In this document: piece by piece, positions 24,198-36,967 of the stretch | Position numbering within the stretch: position 1 is the stretch's first letter | Layout of the letters: each line of letters starts with the position of its first letter | Source of the DNA: Atractiella rhizophila | Taxonomy: Eukaryota | Reading direction: 5' to 3' | NCBI GenBank assembly: GCA_021432655.1 | Contig: MU271215.1 | Coordinates: forward strand, 64,481-114,259 | Length of the DNA: 49,779 nt | Translations under genes and position numbers: made by a program | The notes under the pieces: model-generated | Database searches by the model: none | The model's input: only the letters and a program-made list of their open reading frames with translations | Told to the model about the DNA's origin: nothing

Positions 24198-24516
24198 ATG
24201 CAGGATAGAGCGAGCCCTGCTCGCCTGCTCCCTTTGCTTAGTTAGGGAAGGTTGTCGGCCTTCTTGACAAAGACTACTTGTTCCGTCGGGTGCGTTGCGG
24301 TCATAAAGGGGATACAGGACCAAACAGGGATGCACTCTGGGTGCCGTTGGTCTAATATACATTGCCCCATTGCGAGAACCGCGAAGTAGCGCACTAGTTT
24401 TACTTGCTAATTACAATACACAGTTTATTCTGTTGCTTCATGAGCCCGCCACCAAGCCCGAGCGTAAAAGGACAACTCGTCCAACTTTTCTTCCTTTTCC
24501 CACACCTTGACTCAAA

Positions 24517-25722
24517 ATGATTGCTGAAAATGTTGCTGCTGGCGTCGACACCAATCCATTGTCCCCAGCAAGTTCTTGCTTATCCTAATATATGTATATA
24601 TGGCTAATTTCTTCCTTCAGACTGAGCCTGAGAGCGTAACGTCCATGGTTGTGTCTAATGCAAAGGTGCAAAGATACAACGCGGCCGTTGAACGTCGCGA
24701 CGACTTCACGCCATCTCTTCAAGCACCTCCAGCTTATAATGATGCGGTTCAAGGTTCCTCCTCTCAACCGGACGGTTCACAAGCGTCCATCTTGAGTGCT
24801 GGTGTCACCCAAGAGAACTCATATCGTCCTTCTAATGGGAGCAACACTCCGCACGCCTCTCACCAGGACACCGGACCTCTTAGCTTTACACACTCTTCCA
24901 GCTTCGCAGGTTCTCCTCAAAGCCGTCTCGACAACGCTACGTCCGCACCACACACTCACCATCACATTCCCGAGCAACACGTCCAGTCGCGTGCACTTGT
25001 CGGCGAGGAACCACGACCACACACTATGATGGAGATGAATGTGAAGACTGAAGGAGTTGGTCGAAGTATCGATATTCTGAATAGTCAGGGCAGAGACAAG
25101 GACAGACATGGAGAGCGTGACTGGAATTATGGCTTGTTTTCGTTCGGCAGCCGTAATGGACTTTGTTGGTTCGTCAGTTTCACGTTTGGTCTTGCTTAAG
25201 ATGGCGGGTTCAAGTACGACTATAGTTACAGTTTTTGGTGCCCTTGCCTCGTTTTCAGTAAGCTCAAATCGAAAACTCGACATCTGAACATACACGGTCG
25301 CCCGGATCCTCGAGGAGGAGAAACGTGTGGCTCATGGGCGTGGAGTATGTCATATGTCATTTTGCATTCAAGTCTGGGATAAAGCTGAAAGCTCGAACCA
25401 GTTCACTTCTGTCTCAGCTGCTTCTTTTTTGCTGGGCCGTGTCTGCAATGCGTTAACAGATCCGAAATCAGAACTCGATATCACATTCGAGGAAGCTGCT
25501 GTGAAGATTTCTGTTCAGCATGTTGGTGCACTCCATGCGAATGTCGGTTTTCTTCTTCTCTCCTTTCCAGAATCATGAGCTGAAGAGAAGCGTGCAGTAA
25601 GCCAAGAACTGCGCGAAGTGGAGGAGGAAGAGAAAGCATGGGAGCGCCTCAATGGTCCGCAGGCAAGTCTTCTTTCTTCCGCATTCGGCAAGCCACTTCT
25701 CACTTTTCCACAGCGATATTAA
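24517..25722 (+). CDS. PLAC8-family cysteine-rich protein
   Basis: ERDWNYGLFS, FWCPCLVFSK, RSEIRTRYHIRGSCCEDFCSACWCTPC and QELREVEEEE are PLAC8 (DUF614) signatures. Disordered N-terminus. Confidence 0.9.
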
Positions 25723-25851
25723 TCATGGGATATGTTCCTCACCAGCTCGCTCTTTATCAAAAGTTTCACTCTGTTCGGGTCTTTAGTTGTGACAATGTGT
25801 GAAGATATGCTCTTGCGGAGCATACAGTCGTTCATTACCCAGGCAAAATAA

Positions 25852-27310
25852 TTACTCATAATCGTAGAACCCTTTACCATTTTTCTTTCCTGAATGCAGG
25901 TAGATGTAAGTTGTTAATATCAAAAGGCAAGAAGCATCGTACCCAACCAATTAGCGTCAACCATACGCTGCAGAAGAACTGAAGGTCGATATTTACTATC
26001 CGCCGTTTCGTTCTGCTTATAGGTTAGTAGGTTTGACAGATGAGGGTGAGGAGACTGACATAAAGTGTCCACATAATGTTAAGGCATGTGTCAAGACCAA
26101 TGCTGACCATTTCGTCCAGTTAATCAGAAATCAGATGGTAAGGTTGTCGATGAACTCACAAATCCGCCAGCGTCTAAAGAGGAGCGATTAAAGAAGATTG
26201 CAAAAACAGTTGATGGGAGAAAGCTGACCAGTGGCCCCATCTTGTGCGCCATTCCCAAAATGAGCGTTTTATCGATATCTTCCTTCGTGGCAACACCCTT
26301 GATGGTGTTTTAGCCAACTTTTCTGTATGAAATAATTTTCGGCTCACAGTTTCGAGAGTTATAATGGCCTCATTAATAAAGGGCATAAGGATCCTGTTAG
26401 CGATGAAACCAGGGACATCTTTCGAGATTGTTGTTTGTTTCCCCAGAGATTCTGCAAAGGCTTTGGAGCTCTCCAGTACAGATGCTGAGGTTTGAAGTGC
26501 AGGAATCAGTTCGACAAGAGGCATTTGAGGGACGGGGTTCATGACTGCTCATCGAAGTTCGTTGGGATGACGCTCGTCGATGGCTGAGAAGAAAAAGATG
26601 GCGCACAGTGTACACCTCTGCGCACAGCATCAGAAAGGGCCTGTCAGAAATCGAGGGAAGTGGTGGCACCTACAATACGCGAGAGGAGGATTCTAGCTGT
26701 GGCCCTGCAGCAGCAGCAATTTTGGAAATGGAAATGGAAGACGTGTTTGTTGCAAGGATAGTATCTTTCCGTGCATGCTTGGCTAGGTCGCGGAAGATTG
26801 CTTCTTTAAGAGAGAGGATTTCAGGAACTGCCTAATCATTCATCAGGGATAGGAATAACGGCAAGGCAAAGCAACAGACCTCAATGATAATGTCTGCATC
26901 GTGGAGCTCCTCCATTGACGACACGACGGCAACCCGCTCTTTTCCAGCTTCTGCGTCGCTAGCAGTATATTTTGACTTCTTTACATCCTTTTCCAGTAAC
27001 TTGTCTATTCTTAATGAGCAGAATCCATAGAAAGGAATGTTGGACAAAACCGAACCCATAAAGGCAAGCGACTTCTTAAGGGAGGCAGGATTTGAATCGT
27101 AAACTTTCACGTCAAGTTTCGCGTTCTGCGCTATCCAATAAGTGTACGAGTCGATGCAAAGCGTAAACGTACCATTGTAGTGATGTAAGCGATTCCAAGA
27201 CCCATCTGCCCTGCCCCAACCACACCGACCGTCTTGATGGCACTGACAACATGCGACGTAGAGAAGCACCTGGTGTGGCAAACGCGATTGAGTGGTAAAA
27301 CAGCTTTCAT
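25852..27310 (-). CDS. 3-hydroxybutyryl-CoA / 3-hydroxyacyl-CoA dehydrogenase (likely mitochondrial)
   Basis: Basic, Ser/Thr-containing presequence-like N-terminus; VGVVGAGQMGLGIA (Rossmann fold), ILATNTSSISISKIA, GVHFMNPVPQMPLVE, KDVPGFIANRILMPFINEA and GKKNGKGFYDY. Confidence 0.93.
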
Positions 27311-27663
27311 CTTTTGGTTTTATGAAAGGAACAACTGCTGCAGGGTGTCACCTTTTGTTGACGTTTCCCTTGCAACTTTTGAATTTGTTTCTGAAGCCAT
27401 TCACGTGTTCCGGCTTCTGATGACAACCTTCTGAACTTGGACTCGCGCACCTTCACAGTTTGGATGACTTGTGACTTTCATCTCTCCCCCGGAGGTCCTT
27501 GGACTCAGACTCTTCCCGCTAGGAAGTGCTTCACCCGGAACGAAAGGTCTTCTGGGAAGCCTGACCACAAATTTTGCTTGGAAGACATAACGAAATGCAT
27601 TGTGAGCCATAAGCCTTGATGAAACAAGCGTCACACTCCTCCTCATCCTCTGCATCCATCCAC

Positions 27664-28149
27664 CTACTCGCCACCTGCCGTCGATCGTGCTGGATGCCAG
27701 CGCACAAACTAAGTCTCGAAGACGGTGCAAGAGGAAAATGGGATGTTTGCACATACTGTAGACAAGTTGGCCGTGGTGGTGAATTATACGACTAATTAGG
27801 CCCTATTACAATGGATTAACACGCCTCCCCTCTATCACAAGAGTTATAAGAGCGTACCTGTTCCTCCAAATGCCGGATCGCCTGCCTGGCCACGGAACCA
27901 TTGACCTTCATTCGATCGATAAGAACAGCTTGAGAGATCATTTTGTAAGTCGGGACTTCTTTCATAATCTTGTCATAGGTCGGCTTGTCGAGAATAACCA
28001 TGTGGTTAGCCTTGTCCTTGACCTTTCCCTTGGACCATTTCTTCTTCTTCGCCCCCTTCCCACCAGAAGAGCTCGTCGGAGCAGCTGCCTTTGCTTTCGC
28101 CTACACAGAAACAACAGAAAGCATTAGAGAAGATGTAAGGGCCACGATC
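27664..28149 (-). CDS. RPS25: 40S ribosomal protein S25 (eS25)
   Basis: ATG-only first exon, then ...[39 protein letters not shown]...[41 protein letters not shown]. Confidence 0.97.
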
Positions 28150-28451
28150 CATCTAATTCAGACTCACCATTTCGTTGTCTGGATGAAGATCGAGTTGAGG
28201 ATCAAACCTTATTCAGAGAAAAATATGACAGCCTCATCTTCGAGTCATTCTGGCCTGCATTTGTTTTCTGTTTTCTGTCTATCTGGAGATATACTAGATT
28301 GCGGGTAAAGTATGCAAATGTGTGCACAAGTCTATTCGTAGAACTGAGTATCCTGCACTGAAGAGTCCTATGATTTAAACAAATTACACTTCAAAAATAT
28401 CCAGGTCAAAGCAAAATGGAAGTAAAGACGGCGCATAAATGAATGTCCACA

Positions 28452-31400
28452 TCAGGAAGTGCCAACTGCCATGGTTCCTGTGGAGATCAGTGATGTTGCA
28501 GACTTTGCAGCAGCAGAATTCTGTAGAACCTGTCAGAACGGCATCCGATAATAAAAGAAAGGACGTACGGTGTACAAGCTTCCAACATATTCCCTGGAAG
28601 CGTTCGGCATTGAATTCCACGTTCTCTTGTTCTCTCCAGGGGCGACAGAGCTAGACCTAGGCGGCGGTTGGGACCTGAAGGCACTAGATTGGGACCTTGA
28701 AATGCTCGCTTGAGATTTTGGCTTGAGCCTGGAGAGTTTGTTAAGAGCCTGAGTAAGAACCCTTCCACCTGAATATTCTCGAACGGGAGAGAGGGGGGAA
28801 GAAGAGGAAGCGACGCTTTGGGTCGGAAGTGGCGGTGGATTGTGATCTGCGATCGATGAAGAGCGGTGGGGGCGGTCGATGGAAGAGGAAGAGGATTGAC
28901 GTCGGAAACGTTTCATGTTAAGTGACGATGCTATCAAAATCGTGAACTTAAAGCTAGGGGCTAAATCTGCAGAAAGAGACTGACCTGCACTGGAATAATG
29001 CGTCTCTTGAGATACGGCTTCACTCCCTCCTGACATATTCGTCATATCCGACCTGGCAGTGGGAGGAGGCATTGGCATGGGGCTGCCGATCGATGGAGAG
29101 GAGGAATCGCCTGATAAGTTAGATGTGCTCTCTCCTAGCATGGCTTGCATCTTCTTGCTTCTCCTCATCATCTTATTTCTATCATCCGCCGACAGTGCAA
29201 TCCTGGGAGTTGGCGCGGGAAGTGGGAGCGGAGGTGGGAGAGGGAGGGAAGTTGTGGACTGCTCACCGAAGCTGGAGTCCCGAGGTGAACGGGAAGGAAC
29301 AGAGCGAGCGTTATTTGTCGAATGGACGGTCTTGTTCGAGTGGACGGAGGGTGTCGACTTGCGTGACGCGCCGCTGGAGAAGACGGTGGAAGCGGCACGA
29401 GGTGGCGTTTCCGCTGCTGGACCAAAGGTCTCTCCCAAGACGGCCTGAAGCTTCTTCCTGCTTCGAGCTTTCTGTATTCGATCCTCATAGTCCGAATCTA
29501 ATCGGAACAATCAGTGTTGCATCCAAATCACTGAGTTCTACACACCAATTTCCTCCTCCTCCTCCTCCTCAATATCGACCTCTGTGGGTGCATATTGGGG
29601 TGCATACACCCTCTCGCCAGGTTCCGGCCGCTGGTACTCCGAATAGGTGTCTCCCTCCTCATCAATCTGATATGTTCCTACGAACGTATCCGCATTCGTA
29701 TTCGTACTCGGGCTCTGGATCGTGTTGGTCTGTGCATAATCGTTCCTTCCCATCTCTGGAATGAGGTTGTCCCTGATATCTTCCTGCTCTTCCGAGACGG
29801 GTGAGAGAACCCCCTTTCTTACCGGGGCACTATGTTCCTCGTGCATGTGGGGTTGCACGAAACCAGGCTGAACCAAAGGCGGTTGTTGTTGAACCTGAAC
29901 ATTCTGTTGGAGAAGTGCTTCTTGTGGTCGAGGTGGTGCACGTTGTGTCTCTGGCGAAGGAGGAAGAACCTCAACAGAAGGGGGCGGCCAGGTATCGTAG
30001 GGCGAAGAGACTGTCCCATTGGGCTGGAGGATTGGTTCAGGATCCGGTTGAGTCTGGATTGCGAGCGGCTGATCTGAGGCGGAAGGTTGAGCGGTGATAA
30101 GGGATGGGTTTCTGGGCAGTTGAGCTTGGGGATTATACAAGTGAAGATCCTTCGGTGGAGTGGGAGGAACAGTGGATGATTGCAAGGTTGAATACCCCTG
30201 TGCTTGAATGGTTGGTTGCATCGTACCAGGAGGTGAAGCGTATGACTGCTGTAGCTGAGGTTCTGCCACATGAGCAGATCGTACTTGCTGTTGCTGTGGC
30301 TGCTCCTGCAGGTATTGTTGCGGGACTGAGGGCACAGGAGGAGGTTGTGTGGTGTATGCATGTTGCATCGGAGCATACGACTGTGGTTGCTGACCATACT
30401 GCTGAGCGGCGAAGGATCGGGGAGGAAGAGATTGCTGGGCTTGAGAAGGATAGCTGATTTGCCCATTCCTGGATGAAGATCTATATGGCACTGGATTCCC
30501 AGCGAATTGAGGCTCGTAGTTTGGAAGTTGAGGTGCGTAGGAAGATGAATATGTTCTTTCTCGCTCGTGTGGTTGAGGTTCAGGTACGATTGAGTAGTTG
30601 TGATTGACGACTCCATACGATGTTGCAGTTGAGGAGTTAGAAGATTGCAATTCTCTCCTCGACGTCTGCCCCGTTACTTCCGCCCCACTCCCTCCCATCG
30701 GCTCAGGAGGTAGCGCTCGGCCATACTTCCTAGTCCCTCCCACAGCAGAATTGTAAAAGCTCATCGCCTGGCTACCGCCTGGTGTCTGGCCATAGGGTTG
30801 ATGCTGCATTACCATCCTGTGGGGTTGCGGTTGTACCTGGAACTGAGGTTGTCCGGAAGGAGGCTGAGAATGCGTCATCTGCGATATCGACTGAAGAGGG
30901 AGGGAAGAAGGCGATTGAGGCTGAGCCGGGATTTGGGAAGATGGACCACCTTGGTAGTGTTGCGGGTGTTGCTGATACCTCGTCTGCTGAGCAAGGGTGG
31001 TTGGTGGAGGAGCCTGCCCAGGTTGGTTTGCCCATTGTGATTGAATATTTGCATATTGGTATTGCTGAGGTACCTGAGGCACAGGAGGGAGGTCTCCAAT
31101 GATTGGGGGAAGGGAACTATCATGTAAGTAAGAAGGCGGTCGACTGAGAGTCACTGGTGTGCCGGGTGTCAAAGGATCGTTATTGGACCGTGGACTCGGC
31201 GGGTATTGGGACGGGTTGGGTCCTCGTCCTGGCGCTCCGATGTTAAGATTCTGGAGCTGTAGAACTTGGAGGATAGAATCTACGCCTTGGGAAGGATCGT
31301 ACTGTTCCCCGTGAACCGCAAATTGATTAGGGCATAATGAAATCTCTCTCTTGAACAGAGGTAGGGAAAAGCGCAAAAGCACCGGAAATGAGATACTTCT

Positions 31401-31577
31401 TGTCCTTTCAGAACAGAAACAGAAAGCAAGAACGTCGTGCCGGCGTCTTTCATAGCGCTCGTGCAAAAAAATCAACACAAAACTGGTGCTTACGATGGGG
31501 AGGGTGTTCCCTGTGTGATCAAGTTCGGTGAAGGAATCCCAACTCCTCCTGTGCTGAGGATTTGGTCTACCCTCCAT
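28452..31577 (-). CDS. Uncharacterised Pro/Gln-rich disordered protein with two KK[LM]QAxLGE motifs
   Basis: ORFs 29538-31628 and 28533-29510 join through a GTGTGT...TAG intron. Inferred start MEGRPNPQHRRSWDS at 31577 and an inferred short last exon ending TGA at 28452. Confidence 0.7.
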
Positions 31578-31834
31578 CCTGTGCTGTCCCAGCAAATATG
31601 GCCTTTGGCCTATGAATATCGCGAACAAAGGTGGTGGTCAAGCTCACAGCCCAGCCAATGAATTTCGCTTCGGAACCAAGTTTCGACCGGCGTGATTCTT
31701 GATCACGTGTGCGACCACGACAGACCTGGAGACATTCTAGACTGCATCTGCATCTCGCTTGTTCACTAGTCCACAAACTATGTTCAGACCGCTGAGCGCG
31801 CTGGGTTCGAGTATTTGTAGATCGCATCGCACAT

Positions 31835-31905
31835 TGGCAGACAGAATGGGGTGAGTCAAGCAGTACTATTATGGGCAGAACAGAATGGGGTCAAGCAGTA
31901 CTATT
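31835..31905. repeat. Imperfect two-copy tandem repeat (~35 bp)
   Basis: GGCAGACAGAATGGGGTGAGTCAAGCAGTACTATT followed by GGCAGAACAGAATGGGGTCAAGCAGTACTATT. Confidence 0.85.
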
Positions 31906-32053
31906 TCATTTGTGATACAATCATACATAACTAGTAACTGCTAACAAGATAAAATCATTCGCTCAAGGGCACGAGACGAGGGAAGACTATCGATGGTTCG
32001 AAAGAAAAGAACGAGGAGAGAGAAAACGTGAAGAAATTGAAGGATGAACAGCT

Positions 32054-34588
32054 TCAGCCTTCGAGGTACCTGTACTCGAACCTAAAATCAGCCTTTTGTC
32101 GTTGGCACCAGCTTCCCTCCCAGTCGAAATAGAGGTAAACGCCTTGCTCGTACTGTTCGGTGATTACAGATGGCTCATTCGCCCTCTGGAACCAAGTGAG
32201 GTATTGCTTGTGGAACCGCCACGACTGCTTCTTCAGCTCCTCTGCTGCGAGATACCTGATATCATCGTTTAGCTTGTTCCTTTGGAATATAAACGACGGA
32301 CTGGAGATAGGTTCCCTGATTATAGTAGAAAATGTAAAATAGTGTCTCGCTATCAAACTTGGCAAAGAAGGCAGGGTTGTTGAAGTATTCCGCTGGCTGT
32401 TGAGGATAATAACTTGGTGTGGCGTAGGGATTCTTCGGAACGTAGTATTTTGGCCTTGCACGTTTTCAATCATATGGAAATTATCAATGAAAGAAATATC
32501 TCACTTATCGGCATCAATGGTCCTTGGCGCACTCTGAAGACCCGAGTCCAATAACTTATGAACGGTTGTAGGATCCATTCGTTGAAGCGCTGCTACGAAA
32601 TCGTCACATACTTATCTTCACAGTTGAAAGAAAGGCATACAATTCTGACGGATGATCTCCATCTGCGGTATCAGATCGCTCAGGGAAGGCGGGACTTTCG
32701 AAGGTACGGTCTGGCCGCCTGATAATGCCTCTCGCTCCTGCTGGATCTGTGCCTGCATCTTCTGTTGTTCGTTCTCTATTTGTTGTCTCTTGGACTCGCT
32801 CGAGAGCTGGGGTAACGGAGCAGGACGCATGGGTGCTGAAGGTTGACCTGCTGAAAGAACTGGGAGTGGGGATGCCACCGATTGCCCTGACAGTGGTGGT
32901 AGTTGCTGCTGTACCGACGTTATAGATGAGACTTCAGGGCTTTCGGTCCTGCTGGACGTTCCGTCGACTCCTCCTTTCGTAGCTACCGGGCTACCGGCCT
33001 CTGAGATCGACATCGATGCCTCTCTCTCATGGTTCTCTAAAGGAGCAGGACCACTTGCTGGTGTCGGCGGCACCGAATGTGTAGGGAGGGGAACCTGGTT
33101 GGGTAATGCCGCTGGGATTGAAGGAGCAGCCTGCACTGGAGAAGTCGCGTTCGATACACTTGCAGGAGCTACAGGTGGGGACTTGATCGATGACGGTGTC
33201 GGAGGTCTTGGCGGTAGCGACTGAGACAACTGTGATGGTGCCAATGCTGAAGGTTGGGTGGATACGCTCGCCGTGGCAGGCGAAGAACTTGTTGCCTGTG
33301 GCTGAGTGTTCTGAACCGCCGCTGCCGCTGCCGCTGCATATCGGTTACCCAGCTTCGGAGGAGCAGGTGCTGCTGGTGCAGGTGTAGGCTTCGGTATCGG
33401 TTGGGGTGGGACGGTAGGACGAGGTATTGACACGCTGTCGTTCGTCGGTCGACGTGCTGCCGGACCTGCGAACCTGTCATTGACAGACTTGACGTCTGCA
33501 CAAGCATACCTGTACCGTTTGTAGTCCCTTTCAGTGGCGTTCTTAATGGGAAGGATGTCGAATCCTGTTCTGAGATGGAAACGGAATCGTGCGACGATTG
33601 CAGGTCGTTATCTTCCTTCATACCGAACATTTCCTCTTCCTCTTGAAGGTTGAGGTCATCGTAAATGCCTTCATCCTCCTCGAAATCTTCTTCCTAAGGA
33701 AGTCCCGACCACGGTCAAGAAGACGTTCAAGGAGAAAGGGAAAGATACGAACTGTGTTGCTCTCCACAAAATATGCGATGTCGTCTTTGCATTTCGTCAC
33801 TTCATCAACACTTAGATTCCCGTTCTCCACACTCCGCATCACAAGCTCTAAGCGCCCGACGTGCCACTTCCTCCTCTCGTTTAGCTGTTCAAGCTCGCTC
33901 GCACGCCCATCAGCTGCTGAACCCTTCCCGCTCTTCTTCTTGACAGAACCCTGTAAAGACTCCAGCTCGGCTTCTGAGACTTCGATTTGACGCGACAGTT
34001 CGTCCACCATAGTTGAAAGCCAATTCGATATTTCGACTTTGGCTGCTTCTTTCGGATCAAGCTTTGTCGCTGCGTTTAACCCTTCTTTCGAAAAGGCTTT
34101 CGTCTTCATTTCTTTCTCGCAGGCCTTGAACCGCTCCATTTGCTGTTGCGCAAAACGTACCCAGCAACGGTAACCGGTTTCGGGAGCACCAAGGAGTAAT
34201 AAACCACAACAGACAGAAAGCAGTCAATCTCTCATACCGAAAGCCACGATAAGATGGGAAGAAAGGTACGTACCGTCTCAATAAGCTTCCGCGAATCCAG
34301 CAGCGTCTTCTTATCCTTAATTTCCGAGCTCTGCAACCAAGTTTTAATCTGGTCCCTCATTCTCTGCAGCTTCTTAATTTGACTCTTCAGCTCCACCTCT
34401 TGTTTCTCCTTCTGAGTCTGATTGTTTGCGGTCTGCATTTTGTCGTAAATCGCCTCGAACTGCTCCACCCCCTCCCCAACTCTCTTGAGTGTACGGTCGA
34501 TTTCCCCTGTGAATCAACGTGTTGAAAGTCAGGACCTGAGTGTCAGCAAGAGCGCGAAGGGCTGACCTTGAAGTTTTCGAGCTGCCAT
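32054..34588 (-). CDS. NOT3: CCR4-NOT complex subunit Not3/Not5
   Basis: N-terminus [16 protein letters not shown]...[25 protein letters not shown] and [22 protein letters not shown]-terminal NOT box [24 protein letters not shown]...[11 protein letters not shown]. Confidence 0.95.
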
Positions 34589-34730
34589 GGTCCCTTGCTT
34601 CCGCTGGTGCTGGTGTTCGAGAGAAGTCCACTATAAGGGGCTAACTGTGCACGTGAAGTGGGGCCGTCCCCAAATCCTCTTCAAAAGACATCAACCTGAC
34701 TTTGATTTTGGCAGTAACTGAGTGGTAAGA

Positions 34731-35694
34731 ATGGTAGGTTGCGCTTCGATCCATTGGTATGTGTGGTAATGGAAATGGCGGATAGACAAAAAGCAAGAAA
34801 ACCCGAAAATTCGCTGAGGTTCGTCATCTCGCCACACCTCGCTGAGTCTTTGCTGATTGCAATCATCCAGGTGAAGCGAATGCTGAATCCGAAAGATTCA
34901 AGATTGTATGGACTTTCTCCTTAAGTTTTGGGGAACTCCTCAGTGTGTGTCACAGAAAATCAACTCAAGAGAAGTTGGCAAAGAAAGCCGAAGAAGAAAA
35001 AGCAAAAGAAGTGCGACATGTGTTTGTGCTCTCTCTTCTCCGTTCTTCACTTCTAATGAACGGCATTTCTATTTGATAGAGCGCCAGCGCCTGCCTCCCT
35101 CTTTCTTTCCGCGAACACGGCTCTTGCGCCGCCATACCGTGTGTTGGTGGACACCAACTTCATCAATGTGTCGCTCGAGAATCGTGTGGACTTAGTAAAA
35201 GGAATGATGGATTGTTTATATGCCAAAGGTTTCATCGTTCCCTTATTCTCTCAACGTGCTGCTAACAAAGCGACGGAATAGCAATTCCATGTATTTCAGA
35301 CTGCGTAATAGCAGAACTTGAAAAACTTGGTCAAAAGTTTCGTCTGGCCCTTCGGTCCGTCCTTACTTCCTCATTTTCAGTCCTCTCATATTGAAAACAA
35401 TGAACAGGGTAGCAAAAGACCCACGTTTTGAGCGCTTACCTTGTACTCACAAAGGAACATATGCCGACGACTGCATAGTCCAAAGAGTGATGGCGCACCG
35501 GTGTTACATTGTCGCTTCGAACGATCGAATACTGCGGCGGAGAGTCAGGAAGGTACCAGGCATCCCTGTGAGATTTTCTCTTTCCAAGTTTCTTACGTGC
35601 GTAATGATGTGGAAGCTGATTTGATTGCTAGATTATGTACGTTTCGAAGAAGAAGTATGCCATTGAGAGACTACCTGATCAGGCGGTTGGTTAG
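34731..35694 (+). CDS. FCF1: rRNA-processing PIN-domain protein Fcf1/Utp24
   Basis: M|TKSKKTRKFAE|VKRMLNPKDSR, PPYRVLVDTNFIN, GMMDCLYAK, AKDPRFERLPCTHKGTYADDCIV and RRRVRKVPGIP. Confidence 0.95.
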
Positions 35695-35793
35695 TTCTTC
35701 TTTCACTCCTTCAGGTTAGACGTAGCGCAAGCACCGTTTATTTGTAAATAATCATTACTCTTTGATCTATGGCAACAATGTACAAGGGAAGCC

Positions 35794-36967
35794 TCACTCG
35801 TGATCTTCCTCCACCTCTCCAGGACATTCTTTCTCCATCTCCTCTTGACTCGCGTAAAGTGCACCACACCAAAAGCAATATTTATGTCTCTCTCTCAAAT
35901 ACCGCATCGTCCTCTTCAGTCTTTCGCTAGGCGGTAACGCAAGCCAAACCTCAGCTGCCATGTCTCCCTCCGGTAGAGGCAGAATGGGGTCTGAATCAAG
36001 GTCTACGACCGTACCCGACAAGCCCTTGGCATACCCTAGCGGTCCATCACGACTTGCAGCACTCGATCCAACGTTTGCAACTTCGTCTAGATCTTCACCA
36101 TCTAGATCTCCCATTCGAATTCTCCTAGCGAGTCTCCGTGCCCTTTGTTCATCTCGTTCTGAACCTCCTACTTCAAGCCAGTAGGTGGATCCCTTTCCGT
36201 TTCCGAATGACAACACGTGAGCGCCTAAGAGGAAAACAAAAGGATGGACGAGCACACCTTGATACCTTCTCTCTCATCTAACTCTACTACTGTTCTCCTC
36301 GCTTTCTCCAACGCCATCGCCGCTCTCTTCTCCTCAAAATCACTCTTCTTCGTCGTCCGAAAATCCACCTGTTCATCCGCAGGACGGTCTGGTGTGGTAG
36401 TTGTATAAGACTGAGAAGTGGATTTAGAGGAGGAGAGCCCGGCGCGACCGGAGCGGATGTGAATTGGTATAGGGTCTATACGTGGCTTCTTTGATGGGGG
36501 TGGACCTTGAGAAAGCGGCTCGATAGTGTGAGGTGGACGCTTGCTTCCTATTCCTGCCCCCGAGCCTAATCCCAAAGTAGGGTGGAGGTTTGTAGAAGAT
36601 CCCAATCCTCCCCTTGGCTGTTCAATCTCCTCCTCCTTCTTCCCAGCTCCAATTCCCTTTCCAAAAGAACTTACAGGCGTTTCATGTACCTTTCCCCGGA
36701 CCTCCTCAGCTTTCTTCCCCAGCCCCTCTCCTCTTTTGTAACCCATCTTCATCAACATTTCCAGCCCTTATTCCCGCCCTCATCCCCGACCCTCTTCCTC
36801 AGCCCCTCCTCCCTCGCCTCTGCCTCCCGTTGAGCTCGTGACTTCACCCGACCGCGATCTTCAGACGCGATTTGGCGCTTTTGACGCTCTCGGCTGTAAG
36901 TGAGTGTGGTTTCGGTGTTGGATGGAACCAAGAACTTGTCAGAGAGGTAGTCCTCTTCGTCACTCAT
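35794..36967 (-). CDS. G-patch domain protein (GPATCH11-like, C-terminal DUF4187-type Cys motif); 1-nt frameshift at ~36765
   Basis: MSDEEDYLSDKFL...REEGL...NKG / MLMKMGYKRGEGLG (G-patch). C-terminal YLRERHKYCFWCGALY..EEM..ECPGE.EEDH. Confidence 0.88.

Noticed and set aside
31790..31830. GGTTCGAGT resembling a tRNA T-loop/B-box
   Set aside because: No cloverleaf, acceptor stem or A-box could be folded.
31835..31905. Tandem repeat as a CRISPR-like array
   Set aside because: Only two imperfect adjacent units, no spacers, and a eukaryotic context.
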